DNA of 64,000 nucleotides, from the NCBI GenBank assembly GCA_965153285.1, contig OZ229115.1, one strand, 5' to 3'. The DNA comes from Podarcis tiliguerta. Lineage: Eukaryota. The position numbers and the translations under genes were made by a program. A model generated the notes under the pieces. The model made no database searches. It saw nothing but the letters and a program-made list of their open reading frames with translations, and was not told where the DNA came from. Shown one piece after another: positions 12,477-25,606 of this stretch. Every line of letters starts with the position of its first letter. Within the stretch, counting starts at the first letter, position 1.

Positions 12477-14215
12477 CACGAGGGCAACAGCACTCTCCCC
12501 ACTTGTTATTCCAGCAACTTGTATTTGGAGGCACACTGCCTCCGATTACTCACCACTGAATAAATGGTCGATGAGGGTGTGATAACAATATCCTGCCAAG
12601 GTATGTCATAATTTGCATTCACGCTAAGATTCAGGAGTTCAAGACAGTGTATCCAATCATGAACCTCACCTTTTAATGCTGCTTCTAGGCTATCTTGCTT
12701 GCTATTGATCTCGTGTAACTCACTGCGGGAGCCCTTTTATTTACAGAAGGATAAAAATGTTTAAATGGTATATAATATCTTTTTGCTACTGTTGGCAAAT
12801 TGATCATACAATCCTGTAAGATCAATGCTGCAATGCTATGCACGCTAATGTACCAGTTCTATACATATTTAATCAGAAGTGAGCCGCATTGTGTTCAGTG
12901 GGGTTTACTCCTACAAACGTGTATAGGATTACACCCTTAAAGGAGTAATCTCAGCTGGTCACAGTGGGGTTTCCAAATAAAAATGCCAAAGACTAGCCCA
13001 CAAATAATCTCACCCTTATTCTCACTCTATGTGCCAAGGCTATAACATTGATAGCAATGTGCAGATTGAACCACGCTCTACTAATCTCACTTCTTCTCAT
13101 TCTCTGTCCTAGGAAAACAATTCAAACATCACCCTCTGAACTCCTTCAGGTTTAGTACTTCTGCCTGTGTTCCCCCGTATGAAGAAAAGGAACTAACAGC
13201 TCCCTTGCAGCTCATCAGATTTTTATATCTTACCTAGTACATCTAGAGTTTCACTGGCCTTGTGGGGCGCATATGGATCATAAACACACACGAGAGGGAT
13301 TCTTTCATGTTTCTTGAAACTTCCTCAAATTTACAAAGCAAAATTAGAAATATACAGTTTCCTTGCTGAAGTAGCTGATGCCTCGCTGGTTGGGACAGAA
13401 AACCGCTGAGAGTTTTTCTCCTGGCATTTCAATCTTTTTTTCTGCTTCTACAGTGGTGACAGGAGGCTATTTATCAGTCAGAGAAACATCAACACCACAG
13501 CAACCAAGGAGAATCTCACTTTCCTTTATGAAAAGGCCTGACTTAACAGTGACAACAATGGGCATATATGATGTGCGTACATGCAAACTGTTAAGATTTC
13601 CAACCTTTTAAAAAGACAATAAATACTTCAAAATTATTTCTAATGTGAACTGTGACAAGAACAGCATTTTGATAATCTATTCAAATGCTGTTTGCATCTG
13701 TTTTCTCTGCATGTGTCTATTGTAACATGCTCATATACTTAGTGAAATGTGATCAAGAAGTACCACTTATGTTTACTTCAATGATGTGCTGCTGACACAA
13801 ATCACTATAGTGCATCATTGTTGTAAGTGGTGCTTTGTGATCCTATTTCACTGGGCATATGAGCCCTTTTCACACATTACAATGGGTACACAAAGGGTGG
13901 TTTGGGGGATAAAGGTTCCTTACAGCTACCTGGTTTTTGGGAGAAAAGTTTCACACAGAGATGGCTGAAAAGTGAGATTCACATTTTTTTTATAGCAGTA
14001 ACCTTTGCTGCCTATTGTGGTATTAATTTTCTGGATTTTTTTTTTTGTCATAACACAACAGCTCCTGCAAGACATTTGTTTCATTTTCATCACTGTCATG
14101 GAATGACTGGTGAGATCAGAGACAAATTCCGAAGTGGTGTGTGATCAGTTGATGGGAGAACGAGTTCTGGTGTGCTTTCTTTGGAGTTGGAGGGCAATGT
14201 TCTGGGGTCTATAAA

Positions 14216-14665
14216 AGCCCACCTGCGCTATACATTTAAAGCAGTATCGTACCACCTTTTAAATTATTTTTCCTACAGGAGATATACATAAGAAACCATA
14301 ACCCTCTTCCCTTCCCTCCTCCTGCAGAAGAACAGACATTGAAGCAATAAAAACAAAATCACTGAAAATTGTCATTATATCACTTTAAGTAATCATGGCT
14401 TTCCTCAAAGAATCCTATAACTACAGTTTGTTAAGGATGATCAAAGTTGCTAGGAGACCTCATATTCCCCTTACAGAGCTAGAATTCCTGGAGTTTCCTG
14501 AGAAGGGGGATTGATTGCTAAACTATTCTGGAAACTGACTCTGAGGGGAATATGCCTAACAACTCTCAGCACCCTTAACAAACTGCATTTCCTAGGATTC
14601 TCTGCGGGATGTTATGGCTGTTTAAACTGGTATGATACTACTTCAAATGCATGGTAAGATGGAGT
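14216..14665. mobile_element. Long imperfect palindromic DNA-transposon-like repeat; related copies at about 16087-16250, 19553-19740 and 23400-23632
   Basis: tacatttaaagcagtatc...catggctttcctcaaagaatcc...gtttgttaagg mirrored by ccttaacaaac...ggattctct...atggctgtttaaa...gatactacttcaaatg. Confidence 0.7.
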
Positions 14666-15709
14666 CTTAGATGTCTTTGAAAAAATATTAGAAAATCTCA
14701 TAGTAGCATATCATATCAAAATGGCTGTTAGTCACAACAGCTAAGTGGAACCTCCAAGTGCAAAGATAGTATACCAGGTGTGGAGGGGCAAACAAAGGAG
14801 AGCTGTTTTGCCTTCAGGCATTGCTTATAGTTTTCCAAGAACAACAGAATGTTGGACGAGATGGGCAACAGGCCTTGGAGAAAAGTGTGGCTGGGAAAGT
14901 AAACTAACTAGAGCAATATTTATCTTACCCATTCAGCCTTCCTCTGTTCTCACTTGACTTATGCAAAGCTCTTGCTGGCATGGTTCATCTTTCTCTCTCT
15001 GGCCCCAGACTGAGGCTCTCAAGCAGAGCATCATGAGCATAACATGAGCAAAGAGGGAACCAAAGAAAGACAGATGAAATCCATCAACCCATAAAAGGGT
15101 GCAGATTTGCAGAACATTTTCACAAGGTAATTTATATGCATAGATGCAATTGTATGTATTACCATAGTTTAAATAGAAATATAATGCACCTCACCACAGA
15201 GGAGAAGACTGTTTTCTAAGTGCCCACTTAATCTGCTGTCCAGGTGCTGGCTGAGAATGGGCAACTTCAAGGCTTCTGCTTCCCCTTCTAAGGGTTCTTT
15301 ATCCTTAAACTGGACTTGAGCCAGACTGCCCTTCAAGCAGAGGACTCCTTCAAGTAAAGGATTGTCCTCCAGGTCTGACAGCCCTTTAAACAGAGAGGTA
15401 ATTTCTGTCAAGCAGGACGTATGGCCACCCAAGATCTAAATAATTGTCTGCTCCACCCCTTTCTATTTCCTTCCCTCCAGACTCCTGAGTAGAGGGGAAA
15501 GCAGAGATCTCATAAACGACTAACATGATAGCAGACAAGGGCTGGGAATGGAGGAGAACCCATCCACCTAAGCTGCTTCCTTTCCAAGCCATTTCCTGAA
15601 TTTTGAGCATTGGGGTCTAGACATAGATCTCGAATTCCATTACTGTCAGGGTGAAAAACAGACAGGTGGTGATCCCAGACAGCACTTGCCAAAGCACATG
15701 TTACAGTTA

Positions 15710-16066
15710 AAGGTAAAGGTAAAGGGACCCCTGACTGTTAGGTCCAGTTGCGGACAACTCTGGGGTTGTGGTGCTCATCTCGCTTTACTGGCCGAGGGAG
15801 CTGGTGTACAGCTTCCGGGTCATGTGGCCAGCATGACTAAGCCGCTTCTGGCGAACCAGAGCAGTGCACGGAAATGCCGTTTACCTTCCCGCTGGAGAGG
15901 TACCTATTTATCTACTTGCATTTTGACGTGCTTTCAAACTGCTAGGTTGGCAGGAGCAGGGACCAAGCAACGGGAGCTCACCCTGTTGCGGGGAATCGAA
16001 CCGCCGACCTTCCAATCGGCAAGTCCTAGGCTCAGTGGTTTAACCCACAGCGCCACCCGCGTCCCC
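15710..16066 (-). mobile_element. Sauria SINE (Squam1/POM-type), full length
   Basis: Minus-strand 5' GGGACGCGGGTGGCGCTGTGGGTTAAACC, B-box GGTTCGATTCC and (ACCTTT)n tail; perfect 15-bp TSD cacatgttacagtta at 15695-15709 and 16067-16081. Confidence 0.92.
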
Positions 16067-16309
16067 CACATGTTACAGTTAGACAGTTCTAAAAGCTGCC
16101 ATCGACATTCTAGGAACATTATACACTGCATCAAAGGAATTCTGGGCACCGTGGCTTGTTAAGGAATTGTAACTTTGTAAGAGGTAAACTACAGTGCCCC
16201 CCCCCCTTTTTAAGATGCTTCAAACAAGCTTTAAAGGTATGGTGTGTGCATAGCCTTTGTTTTCCTTGCGTGCAGTTGCCCTGATCTAAATCTCCACTAA
16301 AGGACAGTA

Positions 16310-16676
16310 CAGTGGTGCCTCGCAAGACGAAAAGAATCCGTTCCGCGAGTCTTTTCGTCTTGCGGTTTTTTCGTCTTGTGAAGCAAGCCCATTAGCGGAT
16401 TAGCGCTATTAGCGCTATTGACAGTTTAAGGGCTATTAACGCCTATTAAAGGCTTAAGGGATTAGCGGTTTTGCTGCTAAAATGCTTTTAGCAGCTTAGC
16501 GCTTCAGAAAAAGGGGTTTTGGAGCGGGAAAAAACCTCAAAAAGTTTCGTCAATTTTCGTCTTGCGAAGCAAGCCCATAGGGAAATTCGTCTTGCGAAGC
16601 GCCTCTGCAAACGGAAAACCCTTTCGTCTTGTGGGTTTTCCGTCTTGCGAGGCATTCGTCTTGCGGGGCACCACTG
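16310..16676. mobile_element. Tigger-like MITE, second family, CpG-rich
   Basis: TIR cagtggtgcctcgcaagacga / tcgtcttgcggggcaccactg; left TA present. Confidence 0.9.
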
Positions 16677-19600
16677 AACAGGCACAGTAGGGATTTCTTT
16701 GGGATCTCCCACAAGTTTACTTGGAGCATGGGTCATGGACGTACATGAGCACATTCTCCTGACCCCTTTTACACACAGCATTGATGTGCATATGGCAGAA
16801 TGCCTTCATTGTGTGGCTTTCAACGACTAAACCAATGGGGTCCTCTGAGACATCCTGCCTCCTGACATTGATCATCAGGACAGACCTTCCCTCTCCTGGC
16901 CCTTACCAGCATCCCCATATCAAGCATTTACCGCAGAGTTCAGCTAGACAGGAAGAGGAAAACCTGCACTGCCTCCTCTCTTCCTCTGCTGACAGGCTGG
17001 GCATGCACTTTCTGGAGATTTGAGCTGACAGTAACACAAAACAACAACATTAAGAAAATAATAATAATAATAAAGGCAGAGGCATCTGTCAAAAATGTCA
17101 TGTTCTGTAACTAGCAGAGGGGGCGGCGGAATCAAGGCTGTCAGGCTTAGGTAGTAAAGTGAACATAGTCAGAAGGAAAGGAAGGCTCACTGGTGGGGAG
17201 AAGAGTGAAATTACAGGGACTTCATGGAGACGGAGCAAATTTAAGGTTCCTGCTGCCTCAATCCTTGAAGAAAGAATTAGGAGGAAACAAGTCTCATATG
17301 TTATATCCTGAATGTACATATTGGGATACAGATTCTGAATGTACATATTGGGCTATGCTTCCCTGATTATTATTTCACACTTAAGAGGTAAAAGTCACTG
17401 AAATCAGTAGATCTTATTCCCAGGTAAGTGTGTAGAGCAGGGGTACAGAATCTGTGGCTCTGCAGATGTTGGTGGACTCCGACTCCCATCAGCCCCAGCC
17501 ATCATGAGCAACTGGTTGGGGAGTATGGGAGTTCTCTTCCATAAAGAATGCAAAAAGGAGAAATCTTTTCTCAAAAGTGCCGCCTGTTAAGAACATCTAT
17601 TGTAGCTCAGCATGTTTCAGAGCCGATGTTCTTTCTTTATGAGAAATCTATAGATTATTAAAAGTCAGCTGCTGAGAGTTATGAACAATGTGCTATAAAT
17701 ATGGTTTTAAATTGCCCACCCTGTACTGAAATCTCCCTCACACAAGTTTTGTGATGTGCAGTGCAACCAGACACATACCCCATGCTGTTTGTATTAAAAG
17801 AGGTTCTGTTGAATCAAATGGGTCCCCTTTTTTTGCAAATTACAGATATGTGTACATAGGGAGGAAGTAGGCAGTCCTATTAGAAATGCAGACTGCTGGA
17901 ACTGGTGTATGGCTTACTCAATCGGCTTTAAGTTCCTACGGGCAAAGTTCTATCTTTTTTTGTTTTCAGTCTTTCCATTATCTTTTTACTCCATCCCAGA
18001 GAACAGTGCTTCTCAAACTGTGGCTCAGATTCCACAGACAGGTCCCAATGTGTTCTTGGGTGGGTTCACCACAGACCACACACAACCCCCCCCCCCCCAA
18101 TTTCCATGAGCCTCTTTTCTTTCTGCAGACCAACACCACACCGTGACTACGAGATGACCCCTTTAAGATACAGGCTTCCCTATTCCCTATGCATCAGATG
18201 GAGAACATGGGGTCTCCTGCCTTGTGTGGAAGACGGGATTTTGGCAGACGCAGCTTGTCATCCCCAGACACTCTGGAAACACATGCACATACAAACAGGC
18301 GCAAGAAAATGTAACCATTAAAGGTACAGGAGCCCTATTCTTCATTGCAACCTGTCAGCCAGGCTGTGCCAGAGAGCAATATATCAGTTTTAAAGCTATA
18401 ATCAAGCTTGTGATAAAGCAATGCAAGACGCAAGAAAAGGAGACTGTGGTAAGTTAATATGAGGAGCTGGCATGGGACTTCTCTAGTGGCCAATTCAGCA
18501 GGCCGTGAATGGCATGCCATTACAGACATCTGCCTGCTGTTCTTTTGGATACATTTGGCACGTTACTACAGTACAGATGGCTGGCAGGCTTGCGTGAGTC
18601 AGCTAGGAATTGTTCTCTATGTGTAGCTCCAATACTTAAACCTCATGAACATATTCAATGCTTCGTTTCCCTTGGGGAGTGGCAATGGTGGTATCAACTC
18701 TTTTGAAGTGTGCCTATGGCCAAGCATTTTTTGCGGCAGTACTAAATGGAGTCATCACTACACCTGGAGCCAGCCTCCTTCTATATCCCTGCTCCTTTCA
18801 TGGAAAACCTTTGAGTATAGATGGTTGTTCTTTATTCTGAAATCTCTTCTGGGTTGCTAGCTGTCCAGAAAACAGCTACAAAATCTTGCCTGTTCTGCTT
18901 GTGCCTTAAAAAGCAAGCTGCAGAAATCAGCAGCTGATGAACTATTCACACAGCAACAACAAACAGAAATATAATATTAATCTCACCAATGAAATTAATA
19001 CATGTAATATTACCTTTTTTCTAATAATCTCAATTTTTGTGACTTCAGGTTTTTTTTAGCAAGGCAAAGTCTAGAGGTGTGAACACATTAATATTTTTTC
19101 CATTGAATGCTTTGACTGATCCCTAATGAATCTTGTGAAGAGCTCAGCAAGCAGTAGAATTGAAAAGGGGGTGTGGAGAATAAAGTAAAGAGAATTACAC
19201 ACACTTTTGAGTTCTAAATCACCCACAGCTTCTCACCAGAAGAGGCCAGAATGTTACTACAGATGGCTTGCTAAAGACACCATCTCAATGTGCAAAGAGC
19301 CACAGGAGCAAAAGGAAGCGTGGGAAATGTTTTTTAGCAAAGGAGCCATGCAGCCTTACCTGAAATTCATTTCTCAAAGCAGATTAAGAAGAGAAAATGC
19401 CATGAAGTACTTAGCATGGAACTTGATGAAGAACAATACTGTGAAAATGTGACAGTGCTCTTCTTCCAACATTTCAGTATTAAGAAGGGACACTTCCAGA
19501 AGCCTATATACTAGTAGGGGAAGTAAAGAGCAGTAGGAAATATTCTTAAAACATCCACACCATACATTTAAAGTATTCCTACACCGCTTTAACCATGGCT

Positions 19601-20367
19601 TCCTCTGAAGAATCCTGAGAATTGTTAGGGGTGATGGGAATTGTAGCTCTGGGGCATATCACCTAAGAACTCTCACCACCCCTAATATACGTGTTCCCAG
19701 GATTCTTTGGGGGGAAGCCATGGCTGCTAAAGTAGTATCAACAGGCCCGTGTAGAGGGAGTGGGCAGTTGGGTACACCTGCCCTGGGCCTCGGAGGGTTC
19801 AGCCAGCAGCAGGGGCCCCACTAGGCTCTGGATGTGCCTGGGGATATTTTAAATGCATGGTGTGGGTGTGTCCTTTATCTCATGGAGTTCTTCTCCATTA
19901 ATCCACAAACTGGGGTTTGTTAAGGAGGAGTCTTGGTGGTCATGAAAGTATAACAATCCAAAGCCTGCACGTGACTGGAAGAGATTTGTGTGTGTTAGAG
20001 AGATACCAACTAAGCTGGCTCCCCACCAGCAACCACAGAGTGATCCAAGCATAACTTTCTCAGTATAGCACTTCCATCTTCTGCTCACTGAATGTGTGGG
20101 CAACGGAGAGTGCCATCAGCAGGATGCTTGACTGGTAGCCAGCAGAAGGCCCTGGAATGGGGTATTCTGGAAGGTGGGGCTCAGTCAGCCTAGGAGTCAT
20201 GGGCTCCCAAGCCACTCTCACTGCTGTTGCATGGGGTGGGAGTTGAATTGCACCCTAAAGTTAGCCTACGCGGTGAGACCAAGCTAGGAGAACAGAAGGC
20301 CTTGTGATTAAAAAGTGGGTGGACTGAATCCCAGAAGTCAGCAGCAATGCTAGTTTGTACCACCTCA

Positions 20368-20780
20368 AAGGAATGTAGGATGCTGCTTTATATTAGTCAG
20401 CCCATTGATCCATCCTGGTCAGTGTTGTCTATACCAGAGTTCACCAACAAAGTGATCATGGGTGCAAATGTATCTACAAAAACCTACCCTGACACCCACA
20501 GGGTTTCCTTACTTAAATCAGGCTTCAGAGAAGCATCCTATTGTAGCCAGTAGAATAGGTTGGGTTGGGGTGTGGGTATGGGTATGGGTATGGTGCCCAC
20601 AACAGTTTCTTCTGCTTGCAAATGTGCCCACAGCCCCCCCCCAAAGGCTGGAGACTCCTGGTCTATATCGACTGGCAGTGGTTTTCCAGGGTTTAGGGCC
20701 TCTCCCATGAACTTCCTGGAGATGCCAGGACCTTCTGTATGCAAAGTAGATGCTCTGGCACTGAGCAATGGCCCTTCCCC
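20368..20780 (-). mobile_element. tRNA-Ala-derived SINE, interrupted by a hAT MITE
   Basis: Reverse complement of the 1724/7003 family (ggaccttctgtatgcaaagtagatgctct...ctgagc head; gctgctttatattagtcag...ccatcc...cagtgttgtcta tail). Confidence 0.72.
20435..20660. mobile_element. hAT-type MITE
   Basis: Ends cagagttcaccaac / ggctggagactcctg; 8-bp TSD gtctatac (20427-20434) and gtctatat (20661-20668). Confidence 0.75.
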
Positions 20781-22199
20781 TTGCCTTGTTTCAATGCACT
20801 CAGAACAGGACACCAAACTACTGAAGTGAAGATCCAATGATCCTCCCACACTCCACTGGGAAACAGAGGCCTGAAAGTGATCCTTGAACTCATATTTCAA
20901 TTGTAGGAGAGGGTAGTGTTCTTCAGTAAGGAAGGGAGTGCTTCTGCCAGTTAGAAATGGCCAGCCAAGCCTGGCAGAATATTTGCCCCTATAATATCAC
21001 TTGATCTATAAGTGTTTGTAAATTCCCTATCCATCATTAGAACTTTTTTCAATCATCTCGTTATTTTATTTTATTCAGGAGTTTTTTTTCTCTCTGAAAC
21101 TTTTAAAATCACACTAATAACGCTACTTGGGAGAAGCCCATTATGCATAATCAAGCCTGAGAGCTCTTATCGTCCAAAGGAAATGGATCTGCCTTACCCT
21201 CTTGCACTGGAATGCAGATTAGATAGCAGACAGCAGCTGCACAAAGCACTACATGCAACTGGGCAGGCAGGATCTTATTAAGATCTGATTGTGTTCCAAT
21301 ATTTATAATTAAGAAAAAATAAAGGCAGTTCTCTGAGGCCCCAACAAGGAGAGATTTTTTTGAAGGATATATTGGTTTGCAGTTTTATTAGCTGCTTTTT
21401 CAGTGGTAGAGAGACCAGATTCTGAGCCCTTGGAGACTATATCCAACCTAAGGTTATGAAATTCTGCTTGATTTGAAATTAGGAAGCCCATATTATACGT
21501 GTTCCTAGCAGAAATGCAACCATTCTAGCAATTAATTGGATCTTTTTACTCAGAGCACCGGGGGGGGGGGCTAGCAGGGATTCTTGCAGTGAGTGAAGCA
21601 TATGTGTTCAAAAAAGCATGAGAGGCTGCCAGCTCTGCAGGCAAGGGGTGACATAACTGGGCTCCTGAGCCCCACAGGGGTGCCGCAGAAAGAATGTAGT
21701 TGGTCAATGGAAGCCATGGACTCAAAAAGGTTGAAAACCTCTGATGTAGACTGAACTGCCGACAGGATAATTTTTCTGCCTAGCTGCCCTGGGCTCTTCT
21801 TATACCCTAGCAGGCATCATTCCAACTCTTTCTTTTTCTTTCAGGGGTACAGATAAGAAAACTAGGACTCACTTCCGTCGCTCGCTGGTCATATAGTCTA
21901 AAGTGCTCAGTGCAAGAGTCATCCAAATAAAATGTTTATGCATGTTGAACTTGGATACTTACTACCCATGTAAGGTTGCATTGCAGCCTGTCACCTCTGA
22001 TTACCCTACACCGTGTTGAATTTGACATGAGTCACTCCATCACCTCAACATGAGTTACGTAACTTGATAAACATTTCACGAGTCTCTAGATTGTTCGTTC
22101 CCAGTTGGTGAGACCTGCTCAGTGAGCAATGCTGTCACTAGCGGCTTGAGCAAAGCTACTATAGAGGCTAGAATTACACTCCCCTTTCCAGGGAAAACA

Positions 22200-22272
22200 A
22201 AAGGTAAAAAGGTAAAGGACCCCTGAGCGTTTAAGTCCAGTCAGACTTGACTATGGGGTGCGGCACTCATCT
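22200..22272 (-). mobile_element. Sauria SINE 3' fragment
   Basis: aaggtaaaaaggtaaaggacccctga...agtccagt...gcactcatct aligns with 15710-15780. Confidence 0.75.
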
Positions 22273-22477
22273 TCTGCCAACTCAAACAGGGTGGAGACTG
22301 GATTCAATGCCTTAAAGGGAGAGGAGAGATGGATTGAAAAGCACAAAAATGCAGAAATGCTAGTTCTCACGAGAGACAGAGAAACTAGGGAAGCGGAGAG
22401 AAAGAATGACCACATCATTTAAAAATTCATTTTATCTGTTTAAATCAATTTACTCCACATTTTGCCAGAGTGCAAAT

Positions 22478-22481
<4 letters not shown>

Positions 22482-22514
<33 letters not shown>
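22482..22514. repeat. (AT)n microsatellite
   Basis: Direct reading. Confidence 0.95.
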
Positions 22515-22519
<5 letters not shown>

Positions 22520-23191
22520 ATTACTCAAAAATGGAATACTCCTCAGATTGATTTCAAGCTTTACGATGCCAACTTTTTGTGATCATGCAACTTACTCATT
22601 CTGTGTTGCCGTAAAGCTATGTACTAATAGTCTACATTGCAAATAGTCACATTTCCTTGGTCTTGGCAGACCTAAGCCCCAAGAGAGGAAATGATTGGGA
22701 GTTTTGCAATTGCTTCTGCATTAGCATGCAAGGGAGTGTAGCCTTGCAGCAGCATTATTACTGTGGCTGACAACCTTGTGTCCCTATGGAACCCTCCAGC
22801 CAACTAACAGCAGAAGCAGCAAGAGTTTTTACACCTGGCAGTCGGGAATCCAAAATAGACTTAATATTGCATGCCTGGAGGCGTATATAACCACACACAA
22901 ACATGAAAGCAGCTTGCTCCTTGTAAAAACAAACATCCTTTATGTCTCCTGGAAAGCATCATCACAAACCAGGTCCATTTTTCTTCTAGGAGTCTCAGCA
23001 TGAAGTATAGAGGAGGGGGGAACCCTCTGCCCCTTTTGTGGCAGTGAAAGGCATCTAAAGCATCTTTCCAGGATTTCATAAAATGAATTCAGGAGGGCAT
23101 TTTAGGATTAGCAGAAAGGAAGTCAGGTGACTTGCAGCATAGGCCAGAGGGCATGTGTTTCTCTGAGTTAATACACAGAGTTGGTTAGATC

Positions 23192-23322
23192 CAGTGCTAT
23201 TTTTCTAGAAAAAGAGGTGCCAGAGCTCACTATGAACTTCTCCCTCTTTAGAATGGCAATGGCACCCACCTCAGAGGTGCTGGAGATGAGCTTCAGTGAG
23301 CTCCAGCTGAAAGAAAGCTCTG
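23192..23322. mobile_element. hAT-type MITE
   Basis: Ends cagtgctatttttc / gaaagaaagctctg; partial TSD (gttag on both sides). Confidence 0.65.
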
Positions 23323-24551
23323 GTTAGTTAGACCAATATCTGATGAGGTTTCTATGCCATCTCCAGACCCAAAAATGAATTCAGAAACATCTCCCATCTA
23401 TATGTAGCTTGTGAAGGGCGCTGAGGAGACCCCTGTTTTCCTCACTGAGCTAGTTTCCAAAGCTACCTGGAAAAAGGACTTCACTGTTAAACTACTCTGA
23501 GAATCATAGCTATTTGAGTGGGAAAGGGTTTCCTAATGACTTAACAAACTACCGTTCCCAGAATTTTTTGAGGGAAGCCATTGCTGTTTAAAGTGGTATG
23601 GCACATCTTTAGATGTAGAGTGCAGAAGGGGCCAGAGTGGAAAATTCCAGGCAGGAATTCCTGCTGAAGAGCATTATCCGCTGCAAGCCCAGTTCAATCA
23701 TTACTAGGGGGAAATTATACAGGGGATAGCATTAGCGGAAAGTGGGCTTGCTAGTTTCAATCCTTGGCTACTATTTTGTTGAAGAAGTTGTTTCTTCTCC
23801 AGTGCAGGTAGAGAAAAACTATAAGCCGGTTCAAAAGGTACTTGTGTATTTGGCTTCTCGCCTCAAGGTAGGCAGATATTTATTTTTTGCTTGTTTGTTT
23901 TATATCCCACATTTTCCTCAAGGACCACATAGTGACATACATGGGTCTTACCCCTCTTCATTATATCTTCTTGTGTGGCAGATTAGACTGAGTCAGTGCC
24001 TAGCCCAAGGTCACCTCCAAGAACGTAAGAAAGTCTGCTCAATCAGAGTCCAGCATCCTGTTCTCACAGTGGCCAACCAGAGGCCTATAGGAAGCTCACA
24101 AACAGGAGCCAGCAGCAAAAACCCTCCTCTCCCACTTGCAGTTTTCAGCAGCTGGTATTTGAAAGCATACTGCCTCCAACCTAAGGAGCTTCATGGCTAA
24201 GTGGGGATCTGAACTCTAGTCTCCACGTTCAACACTCGTTCAACACTGGCTTCGAGCACAGAAAAAATAGCATTAATGAAACAGAAGTCCACCTATCTTT
24301 ACCATAAAGTTGCTGCTTTCTGATGGCTCCTATCGCATTTCACCGCATAATGGTCTCATTTTTTAATGCTGATTATTATTTTTATTTTAAAGGGGAGTGT
24401 GCAGTGGTAACCATTACGTGTTGAAATACAGTAAATGCATAGCTTAGCCTAGGTCTCTAACCCTGCCCCACGCCCCACTTAGAGAAGCAGGAGGCCCGCT
24501 GCACATGCCCTCCTGCCTCAGGCACGAGCCCCTCTGCCCCTTGCTCCCCAA

Positions 24552-24855
24552 CAGTGGCGTAGCGTGGGTTGTCAGCACCCGGGGCAAGGCAAGTAATTTG
24601 CGGGGCCCCCCTGCACTGTCCCTCCCCCAGATAGTCCCTCGCTCTCTCTCCGCACCGCACCGCACGCCTGGCACCCTCCCCTCCACAGTGGGCGGCGACC
24701 TGGCGGCTCGGATCGGATTCGCACAGCCAGCACTGCAGTGAGAGAGAGTGAGTGAGCCAGGTAGGGGCAGAGAGCTGCGAGTGCGAGCGTGCCCCCCTCC
24801 CAGATGTTGCGCCCGGTGCGGCCGGCCCCCCTGCACCCCCCACGCTACGCCACTG
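24552..24855. mobile_element. Young hAT MITE (304 bp), same ends as the 12007 copy
   Basis: Same TIRs; perfect 8-bp TSD ctccccaa (24544-24551, 24856-24863). Confidence 0.95.
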
Positions 24856-25606
24856 CTCCCCAACGCAAGCAGTTACTGGGCACTGGGCACATCCATGGGC
24901 CCCAGCTGCCTGCCTCCAGGCCGGACCTTGCCGCCACTGCATTTCTCCTCCATTGCCGGCTTTTGAGCCAGACCTCCTCAGCCTCCACCGTCTTTGTTCC
25001 TCCTACAGGGCTGCCTCATCCTCCACAGGCTGAGGGCCGACTCAGCCAACAGGCAAGTCCCACAGACAGGCCTGGGAAGAGGCTGGGAAACAGCTGCACC
25101 AAGAGCCATTTAATTTACAAAAGTGGGGAAATGCTACTGAGCAAAACAAAACGCTTCAGAGCAAAACAAAACGTCCCACTGGCAAGGCATTTTCACCCCG
25201 TGACTATTATGCAGGGAATGCTGTGGGGACCGATTTAAGGGTCTGAAAAAGGGATGTGTGACTATTACACAGTGGCAACCATTATGAAGTGAAATACTCA
25301 GGAAACTCCCTAAATAAGGCAGTTTCTTTTTAAAGACAAGCCCTTGATCCTGGTGCCTGGGCAGTGCCTGTGTTTTTTGTCTGCTAAGGCAGCAATGTTA
25401 CCTTCTGGTTGTAGGGGTGTTCTTGTTTTCCTTTGCTTTAAAGTCCTGGCTCAGTAGTGGATTATGAGTGGTTTCAACTATTGCATAATTATATTAAAAC
25501 TGAATAATGCACATTACAAACAATAACATTTATCCCCATGAGAGTTTGCAATCCTCAATGCCACAGTGCTTGAATACAAGCCGTATTTAGCACTCAAACA
25601 CAAGTA

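Noticed and set aside
15686-16162. 158-aa ORF
   Set aside because: Antisense reading of the Sauria SINE.
16340-16670. CRISPR-like repeat-spacer array
   Set aside because: The repeats are about 11 bp, irregularly spaced and enclosed by transposon TIRs, in a vertebrate context with no cas genes.
17308-17352. 18-bp direct repeat ctgaatgtacatattggg x2
   Set aside because: A small local duplication with no further structure.
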